Of a stretch of 64,000 nt of DNA, positions 27,946 through 37,577 are shown in pieces (the stretch's first letter is position 1; each line of letters begins with the position of its first letter). The stretch is from the sequence record OK040170.1; one strand, written 5' to 3'. A program made the position numbers and the translations under genes. A model generated the notes under the pieces. It searched no databases. It saw only the letters and a list, made by a program, of their open reading frames with translations, and had not been told where the DNA came from.

Positions 27946-29181
27946 ATGGACGAGGGTTTTGAGATTAACGTCTCCCCTTACGATCTTCTGTTAGCTGAAT
28001 CTGAATCTGAACGAATCAGTTTGGAGTCGGAAGCTATTGACGATGAAATCCAAGAGATCGGTCGTCGCACTGATCTTTACGATGAAGTCGAAGAAGGCGT
28101 AGATCACGAAGGGGACGTGACGCAACATGAGCTAGCACTCATCAGTCAAGCTACTGCTGCGTTGTTTGGCGATATCAACAACGGCGGAATGCCGTCGATG
28201 GAATCGGCAGATGGTACTATCTCCATGGAAGCGTTTGCTGACCTAGCGCGTAACATGAAAGTTTCTGCCCGCGACCTGTTGGTTCGTCTGTGGAGACTGA
28301 TTACCGATTTCTGGGAAAACATGGGTACGCGTGTCTCTGGCGTTTCTGCTGGCGCTAATGCAACTCGTGAACGTGCTAAAGATATCATCGGTATTCAACC
28401 GAAGGTATCCAAGTTCGACTCAGGTATCACCGCTGCACGTTACCTTAACTTCCGCGGTAAGAAGACTGATAAGTTCTCTAGCATCTACGAGAGCTTAAAA
28501 GAACTCGAGCACACAGTGGAGTCATTGCTGAGCACTTGGGCAATCGACGTTGTTAAGTCCGGCGATGAAGTACTCCGTATCCTGAACAAAACTCTGAGTT
28601 CAACCAACCCAGAGAATGCACAGGAGATCGAGACTAGCCTGCTGAGCGCTAACGACATCACTAGCCAGCTAATGGCGAGTGTTCACCCTAACCTTCGTAA
28701 GGAAGTCCAATTACCCGCTAACGGTACGTTGGTCTTCAATCTGATCGATTCTAAAGATGTACGCTCCCAAGTTAATAAAGCTCGCGCACTTCAACGCTCA
28801 GGCTTTACCTTTAACTCAGGTGTTGTTGAAACCGAAGGGGCAACTGAAGTAGATGTCTTTACGGTAGATCAGATTCGTGAACTCATGGATGTCAGCCTGC
28901 GCATTACTGAGATCATCCGTCGTTACCGCGAACGTAACAAATTGAACAAACTGGCAGAGGATACTCTGACGTTAGTGCGTTCAGCTAAAGTCATGTCCGG
29001 TAACCTGGAAAACGATATCTCAGACAACCGTCAGGGAGCAGCTAAGAATGCATTGTACAACTACGGTAATGCTTACGCTTCATGGAGCCGCCAGCCTACC
29101 TTACCGATTATCTCGTTGACAATCACTTACCTGCGCATCGTACAGTCCATGTGCAACCGTTCGATTAACGCTTACTTGTAA
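27946..29181 (+). CDS. Inner-head paralog 5 (more diverged)
   Basis: ISLES/PSMES/ISMEAF sites followed by LLVRLWRLITDFW; C-terminal helix like the other paralogs. Confidence 0.7.
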   Translation: MDEGFEINVSPYDLLLAESESERISLESEAIDDEIQEIGRRTDLYDEVEEGVDHEGDVTQHELALISQATAALFGDINNGGMPSMESADGTISMEAFADLARNMKVSARDLLVRLWRLITDFWENMGTRVSGVSAGANATRERAKDIIGIQPKVSKFDSGITAARYLNFRGKKTDKFSSIYESLKELEHTVESLLSTWAIDVVKSGDEVLRILNKTLSSTNPENAQEIETSLLSANDITSQLMASVHPNLRKEVQLPANGTLVFNLIDSKDVRSQVNKARALQRSGFTFNSGVVETEGATEVDVFTVDQIRELMDVSLRITEIIRRYRERNKLNKLAEDTLTLVRSAKVMSGNLENDISDNRQGAAKNALYNYGNAYASWSRQPTLPIISLTITYLRIVQSMCNRSINAYL

Positions 29182-29188
29182 AGCATAG

Positions 29189-29219
29189 AGGAGAGGGTTA
29201 ATTCCCTCTCCTTTTTATT
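29189..29219 (+). terminator. Intrinsic terminator
   Basis: AGGAGAGGG-TTAATT-CCCTCTCCT followed by TTTTATTT; CATAG immediately upstream. Confidence 0.9.
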
Positions 29220-29269
29220 TTACGTATCGGAGGCTTTCTTTGAAGTTAACTTCTTTTAAGGAATCTAGT

Positions 29270-30346
29270 ATGAACGTAGCTGTAGTGCTGTCCCTGAACA
29301 ATGGACCGATGTCTATTAGTTTCATCGCACCTAACAATGCACCGACCATTGAAGATATTTTCAAAGGTAAAGGTCAATTCGCCGAAGTAGGCTCAACAGA
29401 CGTAGGCTTCAGTTATCTGACCCCTACCGATAATTTCCTGACCATGATGGATCTCTACGGTAACCATTGTGGTACCAAACTGACGGAGCAAGAGATCGAT
29501 CAGCATTTCGTTGCTACCGTAACCAAAAAACTCACCAGCGCCGGTTATATCCTGTATCCCGAAACTCCAGATACCCTGGCAGCTCCGTCTACCGATCCGC
29601 GTATCCTGCGTGGCGTATTTAACGACTTCGTCATTGAGTCCAGTAAACTCGAAGACGATAAAATCGAATACCGCGTATCGGCCGGGGAAACAACGTTCTT
29701 CATCGTCGGTATCAATAGTCAAGAAGGTGCCCGTGGCGTTTCTGCAATGATCGATGACTACGTCGAATCTCTGCGTTTCCTGCAAACCAACCTGGACGAA
29801 ACCGCGGACATGTTCCCTAGCGAAACCGCTGTTGCAGAAGTTGCAGCACCTAAAGTGGAAGAGCAAGTCCCCGTTCAACAGGAAGAAAACTACCTGACCA
29901 GCCTGGTCAGCGAGCTGGGTGCCGACGAACCTAAAAGTAACACCAAATCTTTCGTTGACTCTCTGGTAGAAAAAGTTGCAGAGCCGGCTAAACCAGTAAA
30001 GCAGGAAAGTCCCGCCGAAGTAAACGAAAACGTCGTTAACCGCGCCGTTCTTCTGGTGGCACGTCGGGGCGAACCATGTTCTCTGGAAGTTATCTTCACC
30101 GGGAACGATGCTGCCGCAATGAAGGACATGAACTTCCTAGGCTACGTCACCGACGCCATCAAAGGCCATGGTCAAGCCGTCTACGTCGCGTCAGATGATC
30201 GCCACATCCTGATCTTGGACGATAAGCTGGCTAAGAACTACCTGCTGCTGTTGACCAACGCCGTTAAAGACATGAAGCTGAATGTCCAAATCGACCGCCG
30301 TTCTCCAGAACAGGAACCGCTGCGTACCGACACCGTTTACCTGTAA
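29270..30346 (+). CDS. Hypothetical protein
   Basis: Start moved to ATG 29270 (AAGGA RBS); two domains joined by an A/E/P-rich linker. Confidence 0.8.
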   Translation: MNVAVVLSLNNGPMSISFIAPNNAPTIEDIFKGKGQFAEVGSTDVGFSYLTPTDNFLTMMDLYGNHCGTKLTEQEIDQHFVATVTKKLTSAGYILYPETPDTLAAPSTDPRILRGVFNDFVIESSKLEDDKIEYRVSAGETTFFIVGINSQEGARGVSAMIDDYVESLRFLQTNLDETADMFPSETAVAEVAAPKVEEQVPVQQEENYLTSLVSELGADEPKSNTKSFVDSLVEKVAEPAKPVKQESPAEVNENVVNRAVLLVARRGEPCSLEVIFTGNDAAAMKDMNFLGYVTDAIKGHGQAVYVASDDRHILILDDKLAKNYLLLLTNAVKDMKLNVQIDRRSPEQEPLRTDTVYL

Positions 30347-30352
30347 TATATT

Positions 30353-30384
30353 GAGAATGCGGGCCCTTAGGGGTTCGCATTCTT
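30353..30384 (+). terminator. Hairpin terminator
   Basis: GAGAATGCGGGCCC-TTAG-GGGTTCGCATTCTT with G-U pairs. Confidence 0.65.
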
Positions 30385-30434
30385 ATGACATCCCGCCCAA
30401 TACGGCGCGAGCCCGGCGAACAGGAAATGAATTT

Positions 30435-31985
30435 ATGCCCCAGTTAGCGCTTCCTATCCCTGACGTCTATGCGTCCGTAACAAGACGAGTTAACGTCAGT
30501 ATCATTCGTGCTATCATGAATGTGACGGGTATCAAAGACGATACCTTTATTGAATTCGCAGGTGAGAATGAAGCAGTACCGACTTGGTTGACTACGTTGG
30601 ATCAAAAGGTCTATAACGAGAACAACACCGCCAAGTTCCCATTCTACCAAAAAATAAAAGTCGATTACCAAGAAGAGGTGAACGACGATCCGATTCTCTC
30701 TACCGCCTATCACTACAACGATTTGATGCTGGCATGGAACGACCCTAAGAGAAAGATTAACGTCTCTCCGTTCCGTGAGCAAGTGAAGGCCACGCTTAAC
30801 TTTACTTATCGTACTATCGATAAGAACGCTGCCCAAAACTGGCGTAGCATGATGCGTCGTAAGATCATGCGTCACTTCATTGACGAAACATTCAACGCTG
30901 CATTCTACTACGTTATGCCAGTACAGGTAGTTGCCATGTTAGCTATCTTCCATGAAATGAAAGAGAAGATTGCAGGTGACGGCGATACGTTTGAAGATTA
31001 CCTGAAGAATAACGCTGTAGGTGATCTCGCCACAATGGTGGATAACGCAGGTCGAAATGCGACTTACGTTTTCCGTGAGCAGCAGCTGGATATTTTGGGT
31101 AACTTCGAATTCTCTGCGCCGCCTATCGAAGAGAAACTACCCGACGGCAACTGCTATGATATTACCTTTACGTATCGTTTCAGTTATGACCGGCCAATCG
31201 GCATGATCGTGAAGTATCCTTTGGTCATCCACAATCAGTTGATTCCACCCGGACTTCGTAAAGACCGTGGGTTGTATTCTCCTGCTGACCAACGTGGTTT
31301 GAGCAGTGGTTCTACTCGTCGTTATTACGAGCTGTTCAAGAACTTCACTTGGTCTGCAGCTGACCCAATCTTTAACATCATCCCGTTCTACGATGATTGG
31401 ATGCCTACGCAAGTTGTGGCGGATACCTCGCCAATTGCGCAGTTCCTCATTCGTGTCGATCAGGATAACCCCAAAAAGGTTATTAACCTGAGAGAGCTCG
31501 GGAAGAACAAGTTTAACGAACAGTTCCTCGAATACATCCGTGATCAACGACTCATGGTTCCTCGAGCAACTGCGTGCGCAGCCCATATCTCGGTCTATGA
31601 AAATGACAGACCAATTGATCAACGGGATATCTTCATTGATGAAGACCTGAATATTTTCTGTCAGTACGACCTTGACGTTAAGTCGGTCTACCATGTCCGA
31701 GTGAACGTTTTCACTCAGCTACTCAACCTACAGCCATTTGCAGTTCGGTATCTCCAGGAACACCCAGATACCCTGAACATGATTGTGGATGCATTGGATC
31801 CATTCTTCCTTAAGAACGGCGGAGTGTACCCTAAAGCCCTGAATGGTAAGTTTGTTACCATGGATGAATATTTCCGGGTAGCCAGAGAGTTGCGCGTAAC
31901 CGCAGAACGGTTCTACTCATTAACGTATAAGTCGATTATCCTGCCAACTGTGCTAGGGTATCACTTCCAGGTTGTCAAGGAGTAA
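30435..31985 (+). CDS. Virion structural protein, possibly tail terminator-like
   Basis: MPQLALPIPDVYASVTR start with CAGGA RBS; conserved position before the neck-like gene. Confidence 0.6.
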   Translation: MPQLALPIPDVYASVTRRVNVSIIRAIMNVTGIKDDTFIEFAGENEAVPTWLTTLDQKVYNENNTAKFPFYQKIKVDYQEEVNDDPILSTAYHYNDLMLAWNDPKRKINVSPFREQVKATLNFTYRTIDKNAAQNWRSMMRRKIMRHFIDETFNAAFYYVMPVQVVAMLAIFHEMKEKIAGDGDTFEDYLKNNAVGDLATMVDNAGRNATYVFREQQLDILGNFEFSAPPIEEKLPDGNCYDITFTYRFSYDRPIGMIVKYPLVIHNQLIPPGLRKDRGLYSPADQRGLSSGSTRRYYELFKNFTWSAADPIFNIIPFYDDWMPTQVVADTSPIAQFLIRVDQDNPKKVINLRELGKNKFNEQFLEYIRDQRLMVPRATACAAHISVYENDRPIDQRDIFIDEDLNIFCQYDLDVKSVYHVRVNVFTQLLNLQPFAVRYLQEHPDTLNMIVDALDPFFLKNGGVYPKALNGKFVTMDEYFRVARELRVTAERFYSLTYKSIILPTVLGYHFQVVKE

Positions 31986-31990
31986 TTGAC

Positions 31991-33343
31991 ATGTCCTTGT
32001 TCGATGAAGATGAAAAAGCTTCCAGTATCAATCCCCCGCAGGTGCTTCCTAACGAAACGCCCTTTAAGGGGATCTCGATCGATACGCAATACACTCCGGT
32101 ATCTACGATGCTCACTGCTATCGAAGGCCGTAGTTGGATTGTCGATTACTTCTCTCAGGTACTTAATGGTGACGATGAGACTTCTAGTCACCAGATGACC
32201 CGCTTGGGGATTCACCAGCAATACAACCTGATTCAGAACCTGGAATTGATGGTAACCGATCCGTTACCGGCTAACCCAACTTACGATACGACCAATAACG
32301 AGTTTACTGGCCGTGGCGTAGCTAACATGTACCCAGGCGTTCGCCCTAACGTAGGTGACATGTTTACTGCCTCTCTTCTGGATGGCAAGTTAGGGTTGTT
32401 CCAAGTCACTGAGAACATTCAGCAGAGAACCATCTACCGGCAAACGACATTCACGATTGAATACGTATTGAAATCAATACTGTCTCGTCGTGAGTTCGAA
32501 GTGATGATGAGTAAGGTTCAACGTACTTACCATTTCCACAAGTCGTTCCTGGATAGCGGGATTAACCCAATCCTAACCGATGAAGCCCATAACGCCGTAG
32601 AGGAGTTTGAGTCGATTCGTAAACGCTTACCTCGCCAGTACATGACGCAGTACTTCAATAAGGAGTACGGTACTCTCCTGGTTCCCGATCAAGGTCAACG
32701 TCCGGTCTACGATCCGTTCTTGACTAAGTTCGTTACTAACCTCTGGTCACGTTTGGAAGTGGGTACGTTTAACGGGATGAACAACCTGAACGTAATGGAC
32801 GGGATTATCCGTGAGTTCAGGACGATCTACGATGCATTGCTCCACAACGATCCGTATTTGATCGATGTAGTAGAAGCGAAGATCCCTATCGTCGATACAT
32901 CAACGTTCTTCCGTAACCCGTATTACGGCCCGGCCTGGTATGTAGGTATTCCTTTTGTCTTCTATCCGAAGAGCAATCCGGATGACTACATGTACAGCAT
33001 GAGTGAAGCAGTACCGAAAGCCAAGGTATTGCAGCCAGGTAAAATTCCTGAACGTAACGGCCCTCCGCGTGACCCTGATGCGAAGCCTTCTATTGAGAAT
33101 GGCATCAAGTTAGTTAACGCTGACGAGTACTACGTATTCAGTGCTGACTTCTACAGCAAGTCAGAAAGTCAATCGGCATTAGAAACGCTGGTATGGCAAA
33201 CTCTGGATAACGGATCCATTGATGCCAAGACATTAATCGGTCTGTTCAAAGACTCCAGGGATTGGTCTAATCTGGAAAGGTTCTATTACCTCCCGATCAT
33301 GTTTGCAATCATACCGGCCGCATTACGAGGTCTTCCATCATGA
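31991..33343 (+). CDS. Virion structural protein, neck/head-closure-like
   Basis: LTAIEGRSWIVDYFSQ; YPGVRPNVGDMF...LGLFQV resembles neck proteins; synteny. Confidence 0.6.
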   Translation: MSLFDEDEKASSINPPQVLPNETPFKGISIDTQYTPVSTMLTAIEGRSWIVDYFSQVLNGDDETSSHQMTRLGIHQQYNLIQNLELMVTDPLPANPTYDTTNNEFTGRGVANMYPGVRPNVGDMFTASLLDGKLGLFQVTENIQQRTIYRQTTFTIEYVLKSILSRREFEVMMSKVQRTYHFHKSFLDSGINPILTDEAHNAVEEFESIRKRLPRQYMTQYFNKEYGTLLVPDQGQRPVYDPFLTKFVTNLWSRLEVGTFNGMNNLNVMDGIIREFRTIYDALLHNDPYLIDVVEAKIPIVDTSTFFRNPYYGPAWYVGIPFVFYPKSNPDDYMYSMSEAVPKAKVLQPGKIPERNGPPRDPDAKPSIENGIKLVNADEYYVFSADFYSKSESQSALETLVWQTLDNGSIDAKTLIGLFKDSRDWSNLERFYYLPIMFAIIPAALRGLPS

Positions 33344-33909
33344 CGAAATCTGCAGGCGAACTTATCTTCAGCAAATACTTCAACGTAGAGATGTACGAAT
33401 ACGATGCAGTAGATGAAACGATGATAGGTCGGCGCGGTAGTTTCACGACAGGTTCCCCTTACCTGGATCAGATGGCATCTAAACGCCGTACTCGCGTATG
33501 GCGTACCATCAACCAGCTTCTGGATCTTTATCAGGCAGGTTCTGAGTTCACCATGGTCGATGGCATGAAAGCTATCACCCAGATGCACGAGATCATCCAG
33601 GAGCACATCCACGACGTTGAGATGTACATGAAGTCCATGGCAAGTAGCATGTACTCAGAAGACCCCGAGGTTACTCAGGAGCGCCTGCGTGACCTCCAGT
33701 CATTGGACGAACTGGGTCGGCACATCTACAACAAAGTTCGTACCTCTAAGATGCCTGAGGTTCATAGCGTCTTCCGCGGTTACATTGACTTTAGCCCAAC
33801 GTTGATCAAGCCGGCCTCGTCGATTGAGATTAAACGCGCAGCTGACTACATCCCTGTTACTGAGCGTATCAAGTACGCTCCTGTACGTAAAAGGAACTTC
33901 TATAAATGA
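33340..33909 (+). CDS. Hypothetical conserved protein
   Basis: 189 aa, ATGA overlaps with both neighbours. Confidence 0.8.
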   Translation: MTKSAGELIFSKYFNVEMYEYDAVDETMIGRRGSFTTGSPYLDQMASKRRTRVWRTINQLLDLYQAGSEFTMVDGMKAITQMHEIIQEHIHDVEMYMKSMASSMYSEDPEVTQERLRDLQSLDELGRHIYNKVRTSKMPEVHSVFRGYIDFSPTLIKPASSIEIKRAADYIPVTERIKYAPVRKRNFYK

Positions 33910-35240
33910 ACTCCGCCCTGTTGAGAAAACAGGCAATGGAAATAACCGGGTCGGGGAGCTATCCCCGATTCCGATTCCGTCTTATTTTCACATTGCCTAG
34001 ACGTAAGTTGGAAGTAACTCGGGTTATTGAAAAGTACACAGAAGCAGATTACGTATCTAGCTTTACCCACGATACGGAAATGCGTATTGCGGTTATCACA
34101 TCGGATTACAATCTGTTGTACGCTAACCGTGACAACCTGAATGCAGTGCTCATTCAGGAACAAGTAGACCCGGTTTCCAGCACACCGATCACCTCTGGCC
34201 TTCGTTACAATACGCAGTTTAAAGTTATCCTTAAAGATAACACTGTGGCTCAGATGTCTTCTGACTCATCGTTAACGACTGCACCGTATTCTGACGGTAA
34301 AGATGAACTGAGGATGGTAAGGATTCAATTAGTGGATCCCATCGCCGTCTCAATGAATACAAAGTACGCCCAGGGCATTTTCCGTTATGCTAAACCATCG
34401 GACGTACTTAAAGGGATGATCCTCTCCCAAACTAAGATCGACTCAGATCAAGGATTACCGCCGTTATTATCGCTAGACATGGTTGATCCAGAGAACGACG
34501 GTCAAAGCGATATCGTTGGTGATGTTATCATCGAGAACGGAACTCGTATGGTAGGGTTGGCTGCATTTATCCAGGATCAGATCACGGGTATCTACAACCA
34601 CGGTATTGGGTCATTCATCCAGAACCAACGTTGGTACATCTACCCGATCTTTAACACGAGACGGTACACGAAGACTACCCGACGTTTGACTATCATTCAG
34701 AGTACTTCTCTAATGATCCCTGCGTCAGATCGTTCGTTTAAAATGGTAGGGAATGACATTACGGTAGTTTGTGCTGGTGCAGTTAAGATGCAGGACTTGT
34801 CCGTATCAAACAGCATAAACGGTGAAACCGCCATGCACTTCACTCGTGCAAGCGGCTTCTTGGATAACCCTACTATTAACGACAACAACCAGTCCGTCTA
34901 CAACCGTCAAGAGATCAGTGCCGACATTACCGCTGAACCTCGTAAGGATAAACGGACAATGGCTAACGTTAAAGGCGTGACCGATAACTTGGCTAGAGTC
35001 CAATCTGAACTTGCCTCTAAACGAGGTATGGTTATGGTAACGACTTGGCAACGTTCCGATATCCGGTTACTTACCCCTGGGATGCCCGTAAGAGTTTATT
35101 ACGACAACGGCGGTAATGTGACCACGTTAGAAGGTGTACTCATCCAAGCTAACGAACAATGGACTGGGGAACAACCTGGACTGCTGGCCAATACGATGAA
35201 AAGTGCCGCTGCACTATTCCTCTACCTCGAGAAGGTTTGA
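33906..35240 (+). CDS. Baseplate hub protein (phiKZ gp101-like)
   Basis: GIYNHGIGSFIQNQRWYIYP and WQRSDIRLLTPGMPVRVYY; synteny. Confidence 0.65.
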   Translation: MNSALLRKQAMEITGSGSYPRFRFRLIFTLPRRKLEVTRVIEKYTEADYVSSFTHDTEMRIAVITSDYNLLYANRDNLNAVLIQEQVDPVSSTPITSGLRYNTQFKVILKDNTVAQMSSDSSLTTAPYSDGKDELRMVRIQLVDPIAVSMNTKYAQGIFRYAKPSDVLKGMILSQTKIDSDQGLPPLLSLDMVDPENDGQSDIVGDVIIENGTRMVGLAAFIQDQITGIYNHGIGSFIQNQRWYIYPIFNTRRYTKTTRRLTIIQSTSLMIPASDRSFKMVGNDITVVCAGAVKMQDLSVSNSINGETAMHFTRASGFLDNPTINDNNQSVYNRQEISADITAEPRKDKRTMANVKGVTDNLARVQSELASKRGMVMVTTWQRSDIRLLTPGMPVRVYYDNGGNVTTLEGVLIQANEQWTGEQPGLLANTMKSAAALFLYLEKV

Positions 35241-35291
35241 GATATATATCACTCCTTTGAATATTAACTTTAGCAAATCAGTTTAACGAAT

Positions 35292-35846
35292 ATGTATACT
35301 TTGCGTCTTTTCGATAGTTCCGTCAACGAAGTGGAAATGTTAGAATTAATCACTTCTCACAAAACGTCACTCGATCGTTTGATTGGCACCCTGAACAAGT
35401 ACCACGAAAAGTTGAACGGTATTGTAGTCGACTCAGAATCATTCTACGACCACATGTCCGAGCTTAGTTCTACCACAGGTTCTTACCTTTTAGCAGTAGT
35501 TTTGTACAAGGAAATCCCAGTTGCTTTCTGCACGGCCTTGTACGAGAACGGAGAGCTCCTTATAGAGCGTTTGTTCGTCGATGAGGATCGTCGCCTAGGT
35601 GAGATAGGAAAAACGCTCTACGAGGCTTTGGTGGCGCTTTCTGAACCAACGTACATTAAGGCCTTCTGCGTTAACGGGAATAATAAAGGTGCTGCCTTCT
35701 TTGAATCCATCGGTTTCGTTATGAGTCCGACAGAAAGCTCTCGTCGCTGCAAGGTATTCGAGAAGAAACCTCAACAAGAGGATTTTATCCTAAATGAAAT
35801 TCCCCGAGAACAAAGTCAACGTCAAGAAAGTAACCGACTTAATTAG
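35292..35846 (+). CDS. GNAT-family acetyltransferase
   Basis: LLIERLFVDEDRRLGEIGKTLY and NKGAAFFESIGF; TATATCAC early-promoter-like motif at 35245-35252. Confidence 0.7.
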   Translation: MYTLRLFDSSVNEVEMLELITSHKTSLDRLIGTLNKYHEKLNGIVVDSESFYDHMSELSSTTGSYLLAVVLYKEIPVAFCTALYENGELLIERLFVDEDRRLGEIGKTLYEALVALSEPTYIKAFCVNGNNKGAAFFESIGFVMSPTESSRRCKVFEKKPQQEDFILNEIPREQSQRQESNRLN

Positions 35847-36633
35847 TGCTTCCCTTGCGCGTGCAAAGTCCCAACTCCAACCAGGTCGTGTTGAAGTCAT
35901 CAGTGAAGTTACTCCCTTCGAACGCGATCCCTGGAAGCTGATTAGTTCACGCTTCGTTGGATTCGAATTACCCGATGGCTATATCGTGCCACGGATGGTT
36001 CAAGGGACTAAGACTTATCAACCCGATCCCGATCGTATCTCAATGGCTCGAGAGGGTCTTAAGGAAATGAAACTGGCCTTGTTAGGTTTAGGTATTCAGT
36101 TCCATGAGAACGATTCGGAAACCAACCACGAAGTATTCTGGGAAAACGTTTATACTTGGACAAGTGAAATTGTCTGGGTAGATAAAGTCGTACCTGAAGA
36201 CATCGTTTGTAAAGTCCTGTTCGACAAAGCTCCTCCTGTTATCGCTAACCGCATCTCAGGAACCGCCATCGGCGACGTAAGTAAATTATTACGCGGGATG
36301 GTATTTTATGACAAAGCTACATTAGTTGCAAAGTTCCCAGATTATCTCGAGTTGCCTACGAACATGTTTATGGTCGATGGGTTAAAGGTTTCAGTATTCC
36401 GTACGGGCAATGGTTACGCAAACGGCACAACGCCTGTTGCGATTAATAACTTAGCTGCAGCGGAATCCGTGTCGCGTTCTGTAGTTGGATATTTAAACCT
36501 CCAGCTTACGGAAACAGAACGTGGCACTTACCTACAACAGAGTTGGTTTGCGAGAATTTCCGCCTTGGCGCAATCGTCGGTGTTCGGGAATCTCTACTGG
36601 AGCTATGTACTACGTGGCCTTGGTAAACAGTAA
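35794..36633 (+). CDS. Hypothetical protein
   Basis: 279 aa, GAGGA RBS. Confidence 0.75.
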   Translation: MKFPENKVNVKKVTDLISASLARAKSQLQPGRVEVISEVTPFERDPWKLISSRFVGFELPDGYIVPRMVQGTKTYQPDPDRISMAREGLKEMKLALLGLGIQFHENDSETNHEVFWENVYTWTSEIVWVDKVVPEDIVCKVLFDKAPPVIANRISGTAIGDVSKLLRGMVFYDKATLVAKFPDYLELPTNMFMVDGLKVSVFRTGNGYANGTTPVAINNLAAAESVSRSVVGYLNLQLTETERGTYLQQSWFARISALAQSSVFGNLYWSYVLRGLGKQ

Positions 36634-36699
36634 GACTTAAGATTTTGGAGGAGGGGTAAAACCTTCCTCCACCTTTTTTACTGAGCGAGTATGTAAAAA

Positions 36700-36882
36700 A
36701 TGAGCACTCAATCGAACGGCGTAATTCTTTCTTTCCATGTGGATGCTTCCGGTGAAACAGAACTGGCTCCGCGTGCGTACCAAGAATCTATCCTCCATTA
36801 CCGTTTTAACATGGAATGGGATACGATCAACAAAATGTCCGACCAAGAAGTCGAGGCAATGTTCCTGAAGTTAACCGACTAA
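36700..36882 (+). CDS. Small hypothetical protein
   Basis: 60 aa filling the gap between a TATGT motif (36690) and a terminator. Confidence 0.55.
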   Translation: MSTQSNGVILSFHVDASGETELAPRAYQESILHYRFNMEWDTINKMSDQEVEAMFLKLTD

Positions 36883-36884
36883 AG

Positions 36885-36912
36885 GCAGGGGTTAATTCCC
36901 CTGCTCTATTTT
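36885..36912 (+). terminator. Hairpin terminator with TTAATT loop
   Basis: GCAGGGG-TTAATT-CCCCTGC followed by TCTATTTT. Confidence 0.7.
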
Positions 36913-36939
36913 GCACTTTTATTAATAGAGGAAAGAACC

Positions 36940-37509
36940 ATGTCCAACGTATTCAACATCAGTGATTTATTGAAGATCCATCAGGAAGAGGTTATCGCAG
37001 ATCCTAAAGTAGTAGAGATGGATCCAATGAAATCAATAGAGGCTCTCCTCGGCAATCTGGAGCGCGTGTGTGATGATATCCATACGTCGGTAAGGAAGTT
37101 TGCAGAAGATAGCGTAGGGTCAGTTGTACGGCTTTCCAAGCGTGCTGGTACAGAAGACTACATTCGCAAGCAGTTAGTTCATCTGCAGATCCTTTCAATG
37201 AACAAGGCTAAGAAGCTCTCTACGCGTCAACTGGCCGACTTCATTAAGAAGGCTTACTGGCGTATTGAACAAGCAGAACGTCGCATTGTACGTAACCTGG
37301 ATAAGATTGGTCAGGAATACGGATATGACGAACGCCAGGCTGCTGAAGAAAAAGCTTTGGCTGAAGTTGACCAAGGTAAAGTTGTCAATCTCCCCATCGC
37401 CCAAGATACTAAGTTCAACATGAATACCTTATCTCCTTACGACCGTATCTATCGTAACAGCGTAGATAATCCTCAGAACGGCGAAGCTGGAACAGACTTC
37501 GGCGACTAA
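36940..37509 (+). CDS. Hypothetical protein
   Basis: 189 aa, GAGGA RBS. Confidence 0.8.
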   Translation: MSNVFNISDLLKIHQEEVIADPKVVEMDPMKSIEALLGNLERVCDDIHTSVRKFAEDSVGSVVRLSKRAGTEDYIRKQLVHLQILSMNKAKKLSTRQLADFIKKAYWRIEQAERRIVRNLDKIGQEYGYDERQAAEEKALAEVDQGKVVNLPIAQDTKFNMNTLSPYDRIYRNSVDNPQNGEAGTDFGD

Positions 37510-37520
37510 CCAACATAGCT

Positions 37521-37550
37521 CCCTCCTCTACCTTCACGGGTAGAGGAGGG
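37521..37550. terminator. Hairpin terminator between convergent genes
   Basis: CCCTCCTCTACC-TTCACG-GGTAGAGGAGGG, 12-bp stem; AACATAG upstream. Confidence 0.85.
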
Positions 37551-37577
37551 CTGTGACCGCAGTCACTCTTTTATTTT

